This document shows positions 1 through 9,984 of a DNA stretch of 64,000 nt, piece after piece. The notes under the pieces were generated by a model that worked only from the letters and a program-made list of their open reading frames with translations, did no database searches and was not told where the DNA came from. The position numbers and the translations under genes were made by a program. The first letter of the stretch is position 1. Each line of letters starts with the position of its first letter. The stretch comes from an uncultured Alphaproteobacteria bacterium (lineage in GTDB: Bacteria > Pseudomonadota > Alphaproteobacteria > RF32 > CAG-239), in assembly GCA_944392295.1 (NCBI GenBank), contig CALXWE010000001.1, positions 67,239 through 131,238 on the forward strand. The letters run 5' to 3'.

Positions 1-1
1 T

Positions 2-514
2 ACAGCACCAGGTGTATTATTTGCCGAATTAATCAGTGAAAGTGAATTAAAAATTTATACATCGGAAGAAGCTAGTCAATTAGCAGAGTGTTATTACGGT
101 GTATCAAATATTTATGCAAGATACTTTCCCGATAGCCAAATATTAACTTATGTAAAATGTAGTGAAGCATCGTCTTTGAATGATTTTATATACGGAGTAT
201 TTAAATATAATGCTGACGGTAAATGGCAAAAGTTAAATGTGGTGCTTCCGGCCGAAGTACCTGAAAATCTGGGCTATTCAGCAACACAATATTGTAAATA
301 TTTAGCAGTTTCAACAGATATGAGCAGATGTATTGTTGGCTACTGGGTATCCAGTTCTTCTCAAGTGCTTTACCGTTATCAATTAGAAAATTTTGATGGT
401 AACAATCTTTATCAATATCGTCGAGAAATAATAACGGAAAATTGTTTAACCGGCAAGGCTAACCAAGATATACCAAGTGGTCAAAGTGGTGAGGTGAGTA
501 CAGTATTATTATGA
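2..514 (+). CDS. hypothetical protein, 5'-truncated at window edge; translationally coupled (ATGA overlap) to downstream spanin genes, possibly lysis-module protein
   Basis: Frame open from position 2 to the stop at 512-514 with no stops; the stop overlaps the ATG of the next gene; no recognisable motifs. Confidence 0.35.
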   Translation, partial: TAPGVLFAELISESELKIYTSEEASQLAECYYGVSNIYARYFPDSQILTYVKCSEASSLNDFIYGVFKYNADGKWQKLNVVLPAEVPENLGYSATQYCKYLAVSTDMSRCIVGYWVSSSSQVLYRYQLENFDGNNLYQYRREIITENCLTGKANQDIPSGQSGEVSTVLL

Positions 515-795
515 AAATATTTTATTTATTCATGATTTTTTCCGCTTTTATGTGCGTTTACCTTAACTTTAGGGTAGACGCACTAAAAGAGCAAAATGAG
601 AGGCTTAAAACCTATAATAATGCCTTGCAATTAAATTCCGAAAGGTTAGTAAAAAATGAAAACGACTACCGTATACAAGTTAAAACGCTGCAAGCGGAAA
701 TTAAAAAGGATAAAAGCGGTTTTGATTGGCAGTACAATCTTAGCAATAATCCTGTTCGTATCAGGGTGTCAAAAGAGTGCTTATCCTGTGATTGA
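511..795 (+). CDS. i-spanin (Rz-like) phage lysis protein
   Basis: N-terminal TM segment (IFYLFMIFSAFMCVYL) followed by coiled-coil-like charged region; a lipoprotein ORF is embedded in +1 frame, classic Rz/Rz1 architecture. Confidence 0.5.
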   Translation: MKIFYLFMIFSAFMCVYLNFRVDALKEQNERLKTYNNALQLNSERLVKNENDYRIQVKTLQAEIKKDKSGFDWQYNLSNNPVRIRVSKECLSCD

Positions 796-910
796 GCCGA
801 TTAACTGCCTAAGGGAATGGACCACGCCCGAAGAGCTTTTATATTGTGCCAAGGAGTATGATATAAAGTATAATTCTTTACGGCGCCAATTAACCCCGAA
901 TGCCGATTAA
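656..910 (+). CDS. o-spanin (Rz1-like) outer-membrane lipoprotein, overlapping i-spanin in +1 frame
   Basis: Lipobox LFVSGC after basic n-region; short Pro/Cys-containing mature part; overlaps 511-795 out of frame. Confidence 0.5.
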   Translation: MKTTTVYKLKRCKRKLKRIKAVLIGSTILAIILFVSGCQKSAYPVIEPINCLREWTTPEELLYCAKEYDIKYNSLRRQLTPNAD

Positions 911-1279
911 TAAACATAAGTAAATCCTGGAAAATTGCTTTGACTTTTGCAAATTATTTTGTAAAGTAATAATCGGAACATTTGATGAATGTTCTGGGGT
1001 ATGAGAACCTCTGCATAGCGTCTTGTGTAAAGACGATAATTTTGCACGCCAGAAAGTCTGATAATGACTGGAAGGCGGCAAAATATACAAATATGTCGCA
1101 CTATCTATGCATAGTTCTCAGCTTCCAGTCGCTTTCATCAGGCGGCTTTTTTTATTTTAAAAGTCCGAGCGATGAAGGTTATGGATGTTGATGAACTGGT
1201 GATGTTTTTATCACCGACTTTATCCAGTTACAATCAAATGTTTGCAATAAAAACAACTCATTTATGAAAGGATAATATT

Positions 1280-1822
1280 ATGTTATTGCGAACACTGGTC
1301 TTGTTTACGATGATTTTTATTGCCGGTTGCGATGAAACCGAAGTCAGGTTTACTCCATCGGCAGAATGTGAACAGGGCATTATTAAACTTATAGATACGG
1401 CGGATACTTCCATTGATGCTGCCGTATATTCAATCAGTAATGACAACATTGTTAACGCTCTGTACAGAGCTCATAACCGTGGCGTAAAATTACGCATTTT
1501 AACCGATAGATTGCAAGCCTCCGGCAAATATTCAAAGGTGCCGGAAATGTACAAATCGGGTTTAAATGTTAAAGTAAATACCGCAAACAAAATAGAGCAT
1601 AATAAATTTGCGGTTTTTGACGGAGCAAAAGTTGTTACCGGTTCTTATAACTGGACAACCTCGGCGACCAAAAGTAATAGTGAAAACTGTCTGTTTATTT
1701 TACAAAAAAGCGACAGTGTTGCCGATTATCAAGACAGATTTAATGAATTGTGGCAAAAAAACAGTTATGTTAAATCGGATAAATGGCTAAAGAAGCGTCT
1801 TGAAAAGCAATTCCAAGAATAA
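1280..1822 (+). CDS. phospholipase D-family nuclease (Nuc-like endonuclease, single HKD motif), lipoprotein signal
   Basis: HNKFAVFDGAKVVTGSYNWT matches HxKx4Dx6GSxN; N-terminal FIAGC lipobox; ~180 aa as for Nuc. Confidence 0.75.
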   Translation: MLLRTLVLFTMIFIAGCDETEVRFTPSAECEQGIIKLIDTADTSIDAAVYSISNDNIVNALYRAHNRGVKLRILTDRLQASGKYSKVPEMYKSGLNVKVNTANKIEHNKFAVFDGAKVVTGSYNWTTSATKSNSENCLFILQKSDSVADYQDRFNELWQKNSYVKSDKWLKKRLEKQFQE

Positions 1823-1845
1823 TGCAGTTGCCTAACAACTAAAAA

Positions 1846-1873
1846 AGCCCTGATGACGTCAGGGCTTTTTTTG
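1846..1873 (+). terminator. intrinsic terminator after nuclease gene
   Basis: aaaaaagccctgatgacgtcagggcttttttt hairpin plus T-run. Confidence 0.6.
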
Positions 1874-1896
1874 CTGTGTGAATTATAATTTATAAA

Positions 1897-1977
1897 GAGA
1901 GCAAGTTTTGAAAAAACGCAGCTCGATTGGAACCGAGCACAAAAAAACCGCCTTCAAACGGCGGTCTTTAAATGGTG
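1897..1977. repeat. ~80-bp direct repeat copy 1 (contains ccgccttcaaacggcgg hairpin)
   Basis: agagcaagtt...cgcagctcgattggaaccgagcacaaaaaaaccgccttcaaacggcggtctttaaatggtg, near-identical to 2111-2188. Confidence 0.7.
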
Positions 1978-2110
1978 TGAGTTGGGATGGCTAAGTAAAA
2001 ACAACCGAAGTAACGGTTGTTTTTATCTGCAACTTCTTTGTCATCTTCTTGAGCCAAGAGGCGGCAGCCTTACCGGCGAAAGTTAGATGCCAAAGCGGGG
2101 CCCGTCCCCA

Positions 2111-2183
2111 AGAGAGCAAGTTAAAGAACGCAGCTCGATTGGAACCGAGCACAAAAAACCGCCTTCAAACGGCGGTCTTTAAA

Positions 2184-2188
<5 letters not shown>
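2111..2188. repeat. ~80-bp direct repeat copy 2, abutting and overlapping 3' end of tRNA-Phe
   Basis: Same sequence as 1897-1977; last 5 nt run into tRNA CCA end. Confidence 0.7.
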
Positions 2189-2259
<71 letters not shown>

Positions 2260-2371
2260 ATCGAACACGAAAACTCTTATAATGTATATTTTTTTAAATG
2301 TCCAGTATATTTTTTATTTTTTTGCATATTTTTTTATTATATCCCCAAAATCCTTGCTTTCTGCGGGTTTG

Positions 2372-2701
2372 TTATTTAGAAAAGGAGCTTTTATTATCTT
2401 TTTCAAGCTCTATAATATCTTTATTATTAAGTGTACGGCATTCTTTGGCAAACCAGCAACCGTTTTGCTTAGCAACGGAGTTTAACAAAATTTGTTTATC
2501 GGCAGAGCATTCGGTAAAATCTATATTTTCGGGGCTCTGCTTGCCGCATAAAACATCTCTTTCGCGTTCAAGCGCATCCAAGCGCAATAAATGGCGGTGG
2601 TACAGGGGCGAGCTGTAATAGCTATCGTTGCCGTTTTCTTGGCAAAAGATTAGTTCTTTTATAAATTTTATTTCGTTGTTTATTTCATCTAAAGTTTTCA
2701 T
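2372..2701 (-). CDS. hypothetical small Cys-containing protein
   Basis: Strong RBS (taaggagacagccATG); 20-bp perfect palindrome atatatcaatattgatatat upstream at ~2741-2760. Confidence 0.45.
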   Translation of the reverse strand: MKTLDEINNEIKFIKELIFCQENGNDSYYSSPLYHRHLLRLDALERERDVLCGKQSPENIDFTECSADKQILLNSVAKQNGCWFAKECRTLNNKDIIELEKDNKSSFSK

Positions 2702-2857
2702 GGCTGTCTCCTTATATTAAAATTAATATAATTATAAAAATATATCAATATTGATATATCGGCTTGTGCAAAACTTTTAGCCATCACTTTTTATAAGTAC
2801 GTCATTAAAAAATCCACCGAAGCAAAATCGGCGGATTTTTTACTCGAAATCTTATTT

Positions 2858-3559
2858 TTATACGTGCATCAGTACGCCGATAACCTTTCCTAAAACCTTT
2901 AATTGACCGGCATCTTGCGTGCGATATGCTTTATATTGCTGGTTATCACAGCTTATTTCCGTAGAACCATCCAAAGGTGAGGTTTGTAAACGCTTAATAT
3001 TAACCTCTCGTCCGCTGGCCAATAAATACAACCCGTCGGTCTCCGGCCTTTGGTAAGAAATATCAACCCAAACATAATCCCCCGGATTAATCGACGGTTT
3101 CATGGTATCGCTTACTATTTTAACAATTTTAATGTCTTGCGGATGCGAATAGGTAAAGTCAGCCAAAATGTTCTTGCTTATGTATTGCCTGCCGATAATG
3201 TTGTGCGCAAAATCGGTGCCGTCGATTTGCGGTTTTAATATGTCAATTACTGCCATTTCGCTATCTTCCGATGACGCGGTTTTTACAATTTCGGATATCA
3301 GATTTATATTTTTATCTGTTGAACTTGTTGCTTTTGAGGCAATAATTTCATCATCCATAAGCTCAATGTCGTCAATGCCCAGTAACTGAGCTAAGCGTGC
3401 GCGGTCGATTTCTTTTAAGCGGCGAGGGTAGCCGTATTTTACATATTGCTGCAAATAAGAATCTTTGCGCCCGATTTTGAGCGATAGCTCACGGTAATTA
3501 AAGCCTTTTTGTGCAATTAATTGGTCAATTTTTTTTCTTATATCTTCAATATCTGCCAT
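2858..3559 (-). CDS. phage CI/LexA-like repressor (XRE HTH + S24 peptidase domain)
   Basis: N-terminal HTH region (NYRELSLKIGRKDSYLQQYV), C-terminal S24-like segment with SDTMKP...NIKRL (Ser/Lys dyad). Confidence 0.8.
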   Translation of the reverse strand: MADIEDIRKKIDQLIAQKGFNYRELSLKIGRKDSYLQQYVKYGYPRRLKEIDRARLAQLLGIDDIELMDDEIIASKATSSTDKNINLISEIVKTASSEDSEMAVIDILKPQIDGTDFAHNIIGRQYISKNILADFTYSHPQDIKIVKIVSDTMKPSINPGDYVWVDISYQRPETDGLYLLASGREVNIKRLQTSPLDGSTEISCDNQQYKAYRTQDAGQLKVLGKVIGVLMHV

Positions 3560-3684
3560 TTATGCCTCCTTTAATTTTCATACACTATATATTAAAAATA
3601 ATATTTGTGCAAATATTATTTTTCATATTGACTTTTGAGCATGTGTCTTTTTATATTAATATTAATATAGCAAGGAGGTCGTAT
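3560..3684. promoter_or_regulatory. divergent promoter/operator region between repressor and rightward phage genes
   Basis: TTGACT at ~3628-3633 with AT-rich -10 candidates; RBS aaggagg before 3685. Confidence 0.4.
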
Positions 3685-4080
3685 ATGCAAGAAGTAAGCT
3701 CAATTGAAGATGTCGAATATGAAATTAAAAAAGCCATAAAAGTTTTGCGGGCTTTGCCTAAAGACGGACCATATAAGGCAAAATCGTCATGGCCCAAGTT
3801 TTTGCCGGAAAAACAAGATGAAGAATACCAAAAAATTTGCGTAAACTTTACACCGCTTCCTTCCGAAATTGACGATATGGATATGGTGTTTGAACAATGG
3901 TTTAAAGTCTTGGACAGGCAAGACCGCTTGCTGGTATTTTATAAAAATTTCGGGTATCGCGATAAAGTGTTAATGCGTATTTTTAATAAAGCCCGCAGTT
4001 CGCTGTTTGTACAATATAAAAAAGCTCTGCAGTCTATTCTAGATTACGTACTCGAACAACAAGTCAAACATTGCGCCTAA
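3685..4080 (+). CDS. hypothetical phage protein, candidate small terminase subunit by position
   Basis: ATG with aaggagg RBS; immediately upstream of large terminase; no motif recognised. Confidence 0.3.
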   Translation: MQEVSSIEDVEYEIKKAIKVLRALPKDGPYKAKSSWPKFLPEKQDEEYQKICVNFTPLPSEIDDMDMVFEQWFKVLDRQDRLLVFYKNFGYRDKVLMRIFNKARSSLFVQYKKALQSILDYVLEQQVKHCA

Positions 4081-4095
4081 CGGAGTACCACAAAT

Positions 4096-5418
4096 ATGCC
4101 CAAACACCCATCTCTTATTTTTTATGAAAAATATTTTCCGCTGCTGGAAATGGATAACGGTAAATACGATACTTTTGTTTTTACCGGCGGTCGCGGCTCA
4201 TTAAAAACCGGGCACGTTTGTCGGGCAGTTTTGGTGGCCATGATGCGCTCTAAAAAACGTGTTGCCGTGTTCAGAGAAACTAAAGTTTCCACCGAAGAAA
4301 GTCTGTATATTGAATTTAAAGAATTAATCAATAGCGAATTTTTTAATCGAGGGTTTGATTATTCTAAAAATAAAATCGTTCATAAATCCACCGGCTCGGA
4401 ATTGTTCTTTATGGGGTTGCAAGATAAAAATCAGAGTGCGCGCGAGAGCCTAAAAGGCTTGGCTCAGGTAGATATTTTATTAATCGACGAAGCCCAAGCC
4501 GTCAGCGCTGCCGTATGGAGCGTACTGTTAAAAACCATACGAAAACAAGGCGTCGTTTTAATTGTTATTTATAACCGTATAGATGACGACTTACCGGTTG
4601 AACAGGCTCTGTTTTTAGATTACGTTTCAATGTCGGCACCCGATAAAACTTATTTTGTAGAGGTAAACTATCCTGAGGTAGAACATTTAGGCGTGTTATC
4701 GGAAAAATTTTTAACCTACGCCGGTTTGATAAAACAAAACAAGCCCGATGAATATGAACGCGATTATCTAAACAAGCCCAAAGGCTCCGATGCCGCCAAA
4801 GTTGTTAAATATTGGTCGCCGGAAAACATTAATCCCGATATTCGCTATTGTGAAGATTTGGATATTTACTGGAGCCTTGATTTTAACGTTAATCCGGCTA
4901 TGTCAACGCTTGCTCATTACGATGGCAAAAAGTTTTTTGTTTTTGATGAATTAGTCTTAAATAATGTTATAACTCAGGACGTCGTCGATGAATTTATGCA
5001 TCGCTATCCGCCGGAAAAGGTTAGGGGAATAATTCAAATTTGCGGTGATGCTTCGGGCAAATATCGCAAGACCCAAAGCCGGTTTTCTGATTATGCCATT
5101 ATTGTTAATACGTTGGCTAAAAACGGGTATCATTATAAACTTAATTTACGTCCATTTAATCCGCCGATTATTGCCAGGGTTAATGCGTTTAACAAACAAG
5201 TTTTAACTGATGACGGTAACAGAAATGTACTGGTTCATCCAAGGTGTAAGTGGCTTATTTATAATATGAAAAATCTGCGTTACAAAGAAGGAACGAATAT
5301 CATCGATGAGGCAACGCCTTCGCAAATTGCTGATGATGACGCCAAACTTTACTTAGGACATATCTTTGATGCCGTAAGCTATATGGTAGAATTTTTTAAA
5401 CCAGTCGTTAAAGAATGA
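4096..5418 (+). CDS. terL: phage terminase large subunit (PBSX/Terminase_3-like)
   Basis: Walker A-like FTGGRGSLKTGH, Walker B VDILLIDEAQ, C-terminal nuclease-like region. Confidence 0.85.
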   Translation: MPKHPSLIFYEKYFPLLEMDNGKYDTFVFTGGRGSLKTGHVCRAVLVAMMRSKKRVAVFRETKVSTEESLYIEFKELINSEFFNRGFDYSKNKIVHKSTGSELFFMGLQDKNQSARESLKGLAQVDILLIDEAQAVSAAVWSVLLKTIRKQGVVLIVIYNRIDDDLPVEQALFLDYVSMSAPDKTYFVEVNYPEVEHLGVLSEKFLTYAGLIKQNKPDEYERDYLNKPKGSDAAKVVKYWSPENINPDIRYCEDLDIYWSLDFNVNPAMSTLAHYDGKKFFVFDELVLNNVITQDVVDEFMHRYPPEKVRGIIQICGDASGKYRKTQSRFSDYAIIVNTLAKNGYHYKLNLRPFNPPIIARVNAFNKQVLTDDGNRNVLVHPRCKWLIYNMKNLRYKEGTNIIDEATPSQIADDDAKLYLGHIFDAVSYMVEFFKPVVKE

Positions 5419-5473
5419 CTATTTTACTAAACTAATAAGAGAGTTACTTAAGCTTGAAAGGGGTGCTCTGTTT

Positions 5474-5660
5474 GATGACAAAACCGAACAAAATCGAACA
5501 TTTTCGAACATTTTTGCGCTGGACATTTTTTGTAAAAAAAGGCTATAAAAAAGCTATAATCGTAAGATCGAGTGCAAGCCATAAACTCTCACGATTATAT
5601 TTAAACTTAAACTGAAATTTTAACAACCAATACCGAAGCTCATAACTTCGGTATTTTTTT
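5474..5660 (+). repeat. cassette element copy A: 3 cgaaca iterons, promoter, stem-loop, intrinsic terminator
   Basis: Shares ...cgaacattttcgaacatttttgcgctggacattttttgtaaaaaaaggctataaaaaagctataatcgtaagatcgagtgcaagccataaactctcacgattat...taccgaagctcataacttcggtattttttt with copies C and D. Confidence 0.8.
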
Positions 5661-5749
5661 ACAAGAAGTAAAGCCCATGTTTTATTATGGGCTTTACAAA
5701 AATAAACAAAAGTTGTACTGTGTGAAAAAATCAACCGAGGAGGCTGTCA

Positions 5750-6658
5750 ATGAAAATAATTAAATATCTGATTGCGGAACTTTTGTTTATTATCTTAATT
5801 ATCAATAATTACGGTATGTTTGTTAATATGGATAAAGCCGATTTGGTTTGCATTAACGAGGGTATCAACAATTATCTGCAATTTGATTGGAATAGTTATT
5901 TTCATTGGTTCCGAGATGATATAAATACCGTTTGTCGTTTTGATACACAAAGCTTATTTATGTATTTTTGGTTTGTTCTTACTTATTATACCTTATTTAA
6001 AATCATTGCTCTCAAAATCTTCCCTGATAGCTTAAAAATAAAATTTTTGATTCCCGAAACTTTGGTTTACATATTGTCTTTCGGCATACGAATTGTTTGG
6101 ACCGATGGTTTTGAAGTAACATCCGGAAGTCTGCAAAACGCCGCTCTCGGTTTGATGTATATGTTCTCACCGTTCATTGTATATGTTATTATTGTATATT
6201 TAGCATACCACATGGCTGAGACCTATGGCAGGAAAATGCCGCAATCCGTTAAAAACTTATTTTTAAGTATTGGCTTGTTTATTTTTTCGGTAGTGGCATT
6301 TCCGCCGATATGGGCAATACTTTACAGCTTGTTGCTGCTGCCTTTTATTTTATGGTTTATTTACCTTTACATACCCCGACTATTCGTAAAATCTGTTGCC
6401 GATAAACAAACAACTCCTGCCTCTTATTTTTGTCTTAGGTTGCCTGCCGGAATCATCTTGTTTTTGGGATGTATCAGTTATGAAATTTTATTTTCAAGAC
6501 AGTATTACCGAGCTCTGTCTATAGAGGAGTTTTTCGCCTATTATATTTTGTGTACAACCTTTATCCGATTGACCTATTATCTGTTAATTGCTTTAATTTG
6601 GAATCCCAAAGCCGTTAAAAATTTTGTAAATAAACTACATTTAACTCAAAATACCTAG
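5750..6658 (+). CDS. integral membrane protein (multi-TM), cargo gene
   Basis: RBS gaggagg; many hydrophobic segments. Confidence 0.5.
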   Translation: MKIIKYLIAELLFIILIINNYGMFVNMDKADLVCINEGINNYLQFDWNSYFHWFRDDINTVCRFDTQSLFMYFWFVLTYYTLFKIIALKIFPDSLKIKFLIPETLVYILSFGIRIVWTDGFEVTSGSLQNAALGLMYMFSPFIVYVIIVYLAYHMAETYGRKMPQSVKNLFLSIGLFIFSVVAFPPIWAILYSLLLLPFILWFIYLYIPRLFVKSVADKQTTPASYFCLRLPAGIILFLGCISYEILFSRQYYRALSIEEFFAYYILCTTFIRLTYYLLIALIWNPKAVKNFVNKLHLTQNT

Positions 6659-6669
6659 AGCTTGAATAT

Positions 6670-7104
6670 TTATTCAAGCTCTACCACAAAGGTTGCAACC
6701 CCCAATCGTTGCCAATTTTCATCATAGGAATATTCTTTTATGTAGCGGGCGGTACATATCCCTTTGGCATCTTTAAGGAAACATTCTTCCGGTACATATC
6801 TGTAAAACTCGTCACTGCCGAAAATTTGACATTTTAAAATTATATAATCATTTTCATTTTCCAACAGCTGACAAGTATTAGTCGTCCAACCGTCCTTATA
6901 ATTATCGCCGTCTTTATGAATAACCGAGTTGGAGTAGCGTAGGGAATTGGGTGTTAAAAATGTTTCACGCGAATTAGACGATAAAGGAGATAATTGTTTA
7001 TAAAACAACGGATTTACAAATTTTTCTTCCTTCTCACTTCCGGCCCGCAATGAACATCCGACAATAAATAACACGCTTAATATTACCCATAAACTTTTTT
7101 TCAT
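6670..7104 (-). CDS. lipoprotein, Cys-containing, cargo gene
   Basis: Signal peptide with lipobox FIVGC. Confidence 0.5.
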   Translation of the reverse strand: MKKSLWVILSVLFIVGCSLRAGSEKEEKFVNPLFYKQLSPLSSNSRETFLTPNSLRYSNSVIHKDGDNYKDGWTTNTCQLLENENDYIILKCQIFGSDEFYRYVPEECFLKDAKGICTARYIKEYSYDENWQRLGVATFVVELE

Positions 7105-7168
7105 AATCTTATTTCCTTATACTTAATTTCCATAAATAATAATTAATCCCGGCTATTCCGTCAAAGAT

Positions 7169-7657
7169 TTACTTGTAATTTTTAAGAAAGCCATAAACGG
7201 CAAGTTCCTGTTTAATTTGCAATAATAGGGTATTAAGGTATTGCAAAACAATTTCTTTGGATTTTGCCATATTTTCCTGTTCGCATACAGTGCCGGCAGG
7301 AGTTGCATATTTATTTAAGCAATAAACAACCCCATAGGCCGATAATGTGGCTTTAACATAGTTGTTATAACTTGCCATATTACGCTCAAGATTATGATTA
7401 TAAAAAGTTTTCATAACCTTATCGGCAAGAGTGTTGGCACAATCAAATTGTCGAGAGCTTTCGGTACATAAAGATAATTCTTTTTGATATTGTGTGATGA
7501 GGGTGTAGTCATCAATTATATCTTTGATTTTTTCTTTACTGCTCCAATCGCTTTTAGCATACACATCATCTATATCAATACCATGGTAAATTTCCGCATT
7601 AACGTTTGTTGCAGATATTAAAAAGCTCAAAAGAGAAATAATGTATATTTTTTTCAT
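7169..7657 (-). CDS. secreted protein with signal peptide, cargo gene
   Basis: AAGGA RBS 8 nt upstream of ATG at 7657; N-terminal signal peptide ...ATNVNA; four Cys. Confidence 0.5.
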   Translation of the reverse strand: MKKIYIISLLSFLISATNVNAEIYHGIDIDDVYAKSDWSSKEKIKDIIDDYTLITQYQKELSLCTESSRQFDCANTLADKVMKTFYNHNLERNMASYNNYVKATLSAYGVVYCLNKYATPAGTVCEQENMAKSKEIVLQYLNTLLLQIKQELAVYGFLKNYK

Positions 7658-7751
7658 AATCAATTATCCTTATGCATAAAACCGATGAAACAAGTTTAGA
7701 TTTAATCCATAATATAAGCAACAACTTTTATAGTTAAAGCACAAGAAAATA

Positions 7752-7840
7752 ATATTTTAACTTAAACTAAAATTTTAACAACCAATACCGAAGCTCTTTG
7801 CTTCGGTATTTTTTTTATTTAAAAGAAAGGAAAATAAATC
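7752..7840 (+). repeat. cassette element copy B (3' part only: terminator hairpin + conserved RBS leader)
   Basis: ttaacttaaactaaaattttaacaaccaataccgaagctctttgcttcggtattttttttatttaaaagaaaggaaaataaatcATG. Confidence 0.75.
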
Positions 7841-8428
7841 ATGACAAATAAAAAATATAATCCATTTGCGGATATGTATAACTTTAATGCTAACAGTAAC
7901 AACTGGGTACAAAAGCTAGGATATAATGCGGATTTTTATAATAATCCGCTGGGCTATAACAGCTCACCCATCCCCAGACCTTATGATAACACAACAAAAT
8001 TAAATAATAATGTTCCTAAATATTGGGACAGTGCAAATGAGGGTAGAAAAGTTCTTGACTATGTAATACAAAAAGAAGGGAATATTACTCCTGAATCACA
8101 AGATTTTTTTGCATATGGAAAATCTGGTCTGACTGGAGGATTAAACACGATACAGAATTATATGTCTTTAAGAGATAAAAGATATACAGATAAGTACAAG
8201 CACGCACTTATAAATTGTAAGGCAGCTCAATCCGGAAAAGGAGGATACGATATTGTAAAATTTATTTCTGATTTAAAAGAAAAGAGTGATGTTAAAAATG
8301 GTCGCAATACTATTGACAGTAGTTTAAGTGATAACTATGCTAACGAAATAGGACGGCTGTTAGGAACAAAATATCGCAAAGGAGATTGTGATGCTCTCAT
8401 CCAACAATACATTAACAAAAATTGGTAA
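7841..8428 (+). CDS. MTNK-family protein with shared N-terminal module and unique C-terminal domain (candidate toxin/effector)
   Basis: First ~52 aa near-identical to 11801-13084 protein (MTNKKYNPFADMYNFNANSNNWVQKLGYNADFYNNPLGYNSSP.PRPYDNTT). Confidence 0.6.
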   Translation: MTNKKYNPFADMYNFNANSNNWVQKLGYNADFYNNPLGYNSSPIPRPYDNTTKLNNNVPKYWDSANEGRKVLDYVIQKEGNITPESQDFFAYGKSGLTGGLNTIQNYMSLRDKRYTDKYKHALINCKAAQSGKGGYDIVKFISDLKEKSDVKNGRNTIDSSLSDNYANEIGRLLGTKYRKGDCDALIQQYINKNW

Positions 8429-8557
8429 GTGGCTTATTATATCTTTTGTTTTCGTTGCGGGGCTTGTGCTTACTGCCCTTATTAGTTTGAGCTGTGTCTA
8501 CATCTTCAGCTTGTAACAGGTCTATAAAATTGTTTGAGTAAAACAAGGAGATTGCTG

Positions 8558-9349
8558 ATGAAAAAGGCTCTGTACATTCTTTTAGAGGTCTTGTTTATAT
8601 TTTTGATTGTAAATCATCGGGAATATTGGCTTGTTGCCAACCAAGCAGTCCGGGTAAACGGAGTTTATGTATGGCTTATCTTAACGGCTTATTCAGTCCT
8701 TAAAACATACGGAGCCTTTAATTGGAAACTTACCATAAAGCCTGTTTTTGTAATATGTGAACTATTGTTGTTTATATTATCAGGTTGCGTTTTGGGATTA
8801 TACACCCAAAGTTTGCCAGTAACCGCACAAATATACACTGTATTTTTACCCTTAATTTTTTATGTTTTGGTATTGGGGATGGGATGGTATATACTGCTTA
8901 AAAACAACCCGACAATAAACGATTTTACCACCCATTGCCAACAGCATTCCAAACGTTATCTTGCTTTGATTTGGTTTTTGGCTGCCTTGTTTATATGTCC
9001 GCCGATTTTAACCGTTGTTTACAGCAAGGTATGGTTTGTGCTGATACTGATGGGAATATATGTGTTTTTGCCGTATAAAATAAGTACTTTGTTGCTCAAA
9101 GATTTATCGTTACACAAATTCTTTTCATTAGGAAAAGTAATTCCCGTAATGTTGATAATTTTTGTTCAGATAAATCTGGAAGCGATACTCAGTGGCTTTT
9201 GTTTTTACGGATCTTGGTTGGATGCTTATAGGGTGGTAAAATACATAATAATTGTTGCCGTTTTGCGATTTATTATTTGCGGCTTAATATTATGCGTATT
9301 AGATTACAAACAAATTAAAGGATTATTTATAACAGCCAAAACAAAATAA
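8558..9349 (+). CDS. integral membrane protein (candidate immunity protein)
   Basis: ATG with AAGGAG RBS; multiple TM helices. Confidence 0.5.
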   Translation: MKKALYILLEVLFIFLIVNHREYWLVANQAVRVNGVYVWLILTAYSVLKTYGAFNWKLTIKPVFVICELLLFILSGCVLGLYTQSLPVTAQIYTVFLPLIFYVLVLGMGWYILLKNNPTINDFTTHCQQHSKRYLALIWFLAALFICPPILTVVYSKVWFVLILMGIYVFLPYKISTLLLKDLSLHKFFSLGKVIPVMLIIFVQINLEAILSGFCFYGSWLDAYRVVKYIIIVAVLRFIICGLILCVLDYKQIKGLFITAKTK

Positions 9350-9377
9350 ATAAGGTTAATCATATAAGAGGTGATTT

Positions 9378-9914
9378 ATGGAAGAAGGAACACAAAAGCC
9401 AGAAGAAGATGACGCATTGTTCAAAGAGGATGCCAAGACCATATATTTTTCATTTGAAGGGGTATTCGGTCGCATACAATTTTTTATAGTAGCGGTTACC
9501 CTCGGTGGTTTTATGGATTTAATGAGTACGGGAAATAATATAGTACTCGTGGTCATAGGCACAGCCATAGTATTTTATGCGATGCTGGCAGCGATTCAAA
9601 AACGCAGTCGTGATATGAATATTGGCGGTAGTTTGTTTATTTTATTGTATTCTCTGAGTTTTCCGATAAGTCGGATGATGTTATACGGTAGGGATACTGG
9701 AAATCCGATAATTATCCATAACGACATAATTCGGAAAAGTTTTTACGGAGCGTTAATAGGATATTTGATAGTATCATTACTTTTGGTGCTTATGCCCGGA
9801 GCAAAGAAGAAGGATATGAGCAAAAGGAGTCCGTTATTAAAAAATCCTCCGCTGTATTTTTTAATATGCGTAATAATTTATGCCATAGTCGCCTATTTTA
9901 TCAGAGATTTATAG
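9378..9914 (+). CDS. DUF805-like inner membrane protein
   Basis: YFSFEGVFGRIQFF motif resembles DUF805 signature; several TM segments; terminator hairpin ccaaagagggagg...ctccctcttt downstream. Confidence 0.45.
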   Translation: MEEGTQKPEEDDALFKEDAKTIYFSFEGVFGRIQFFIVAVTLGGFMDLMSTGNNIVLVVIGTAIVFYAMLAAIQKRSRDMNIGGSLFILLYSLSFPISRMMLYGRDTGNPIIIHNDIIRKSFYGALIGYLIVSLLLVLMPGAKKKDMSKRSPLLKNPPLYFLICVIIYAIVAYFIRDL

Positions 9915-9984
9915 CTTGTAAGAGATTACCAAAGAGGGAGGATAAAAACTCCCTCTTTAGTATTTTAAAAGCAAATAAGTGAGA

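Noticed and set aside
3511-3684. Upstream extension of the 3685-4080 ORF proposed by the ORF track
   Set aside because: Overlaps the repressor gene and promoter region and gives a low-complexity translation. The ATG at 3685 has a canonical aaggagg RBS.
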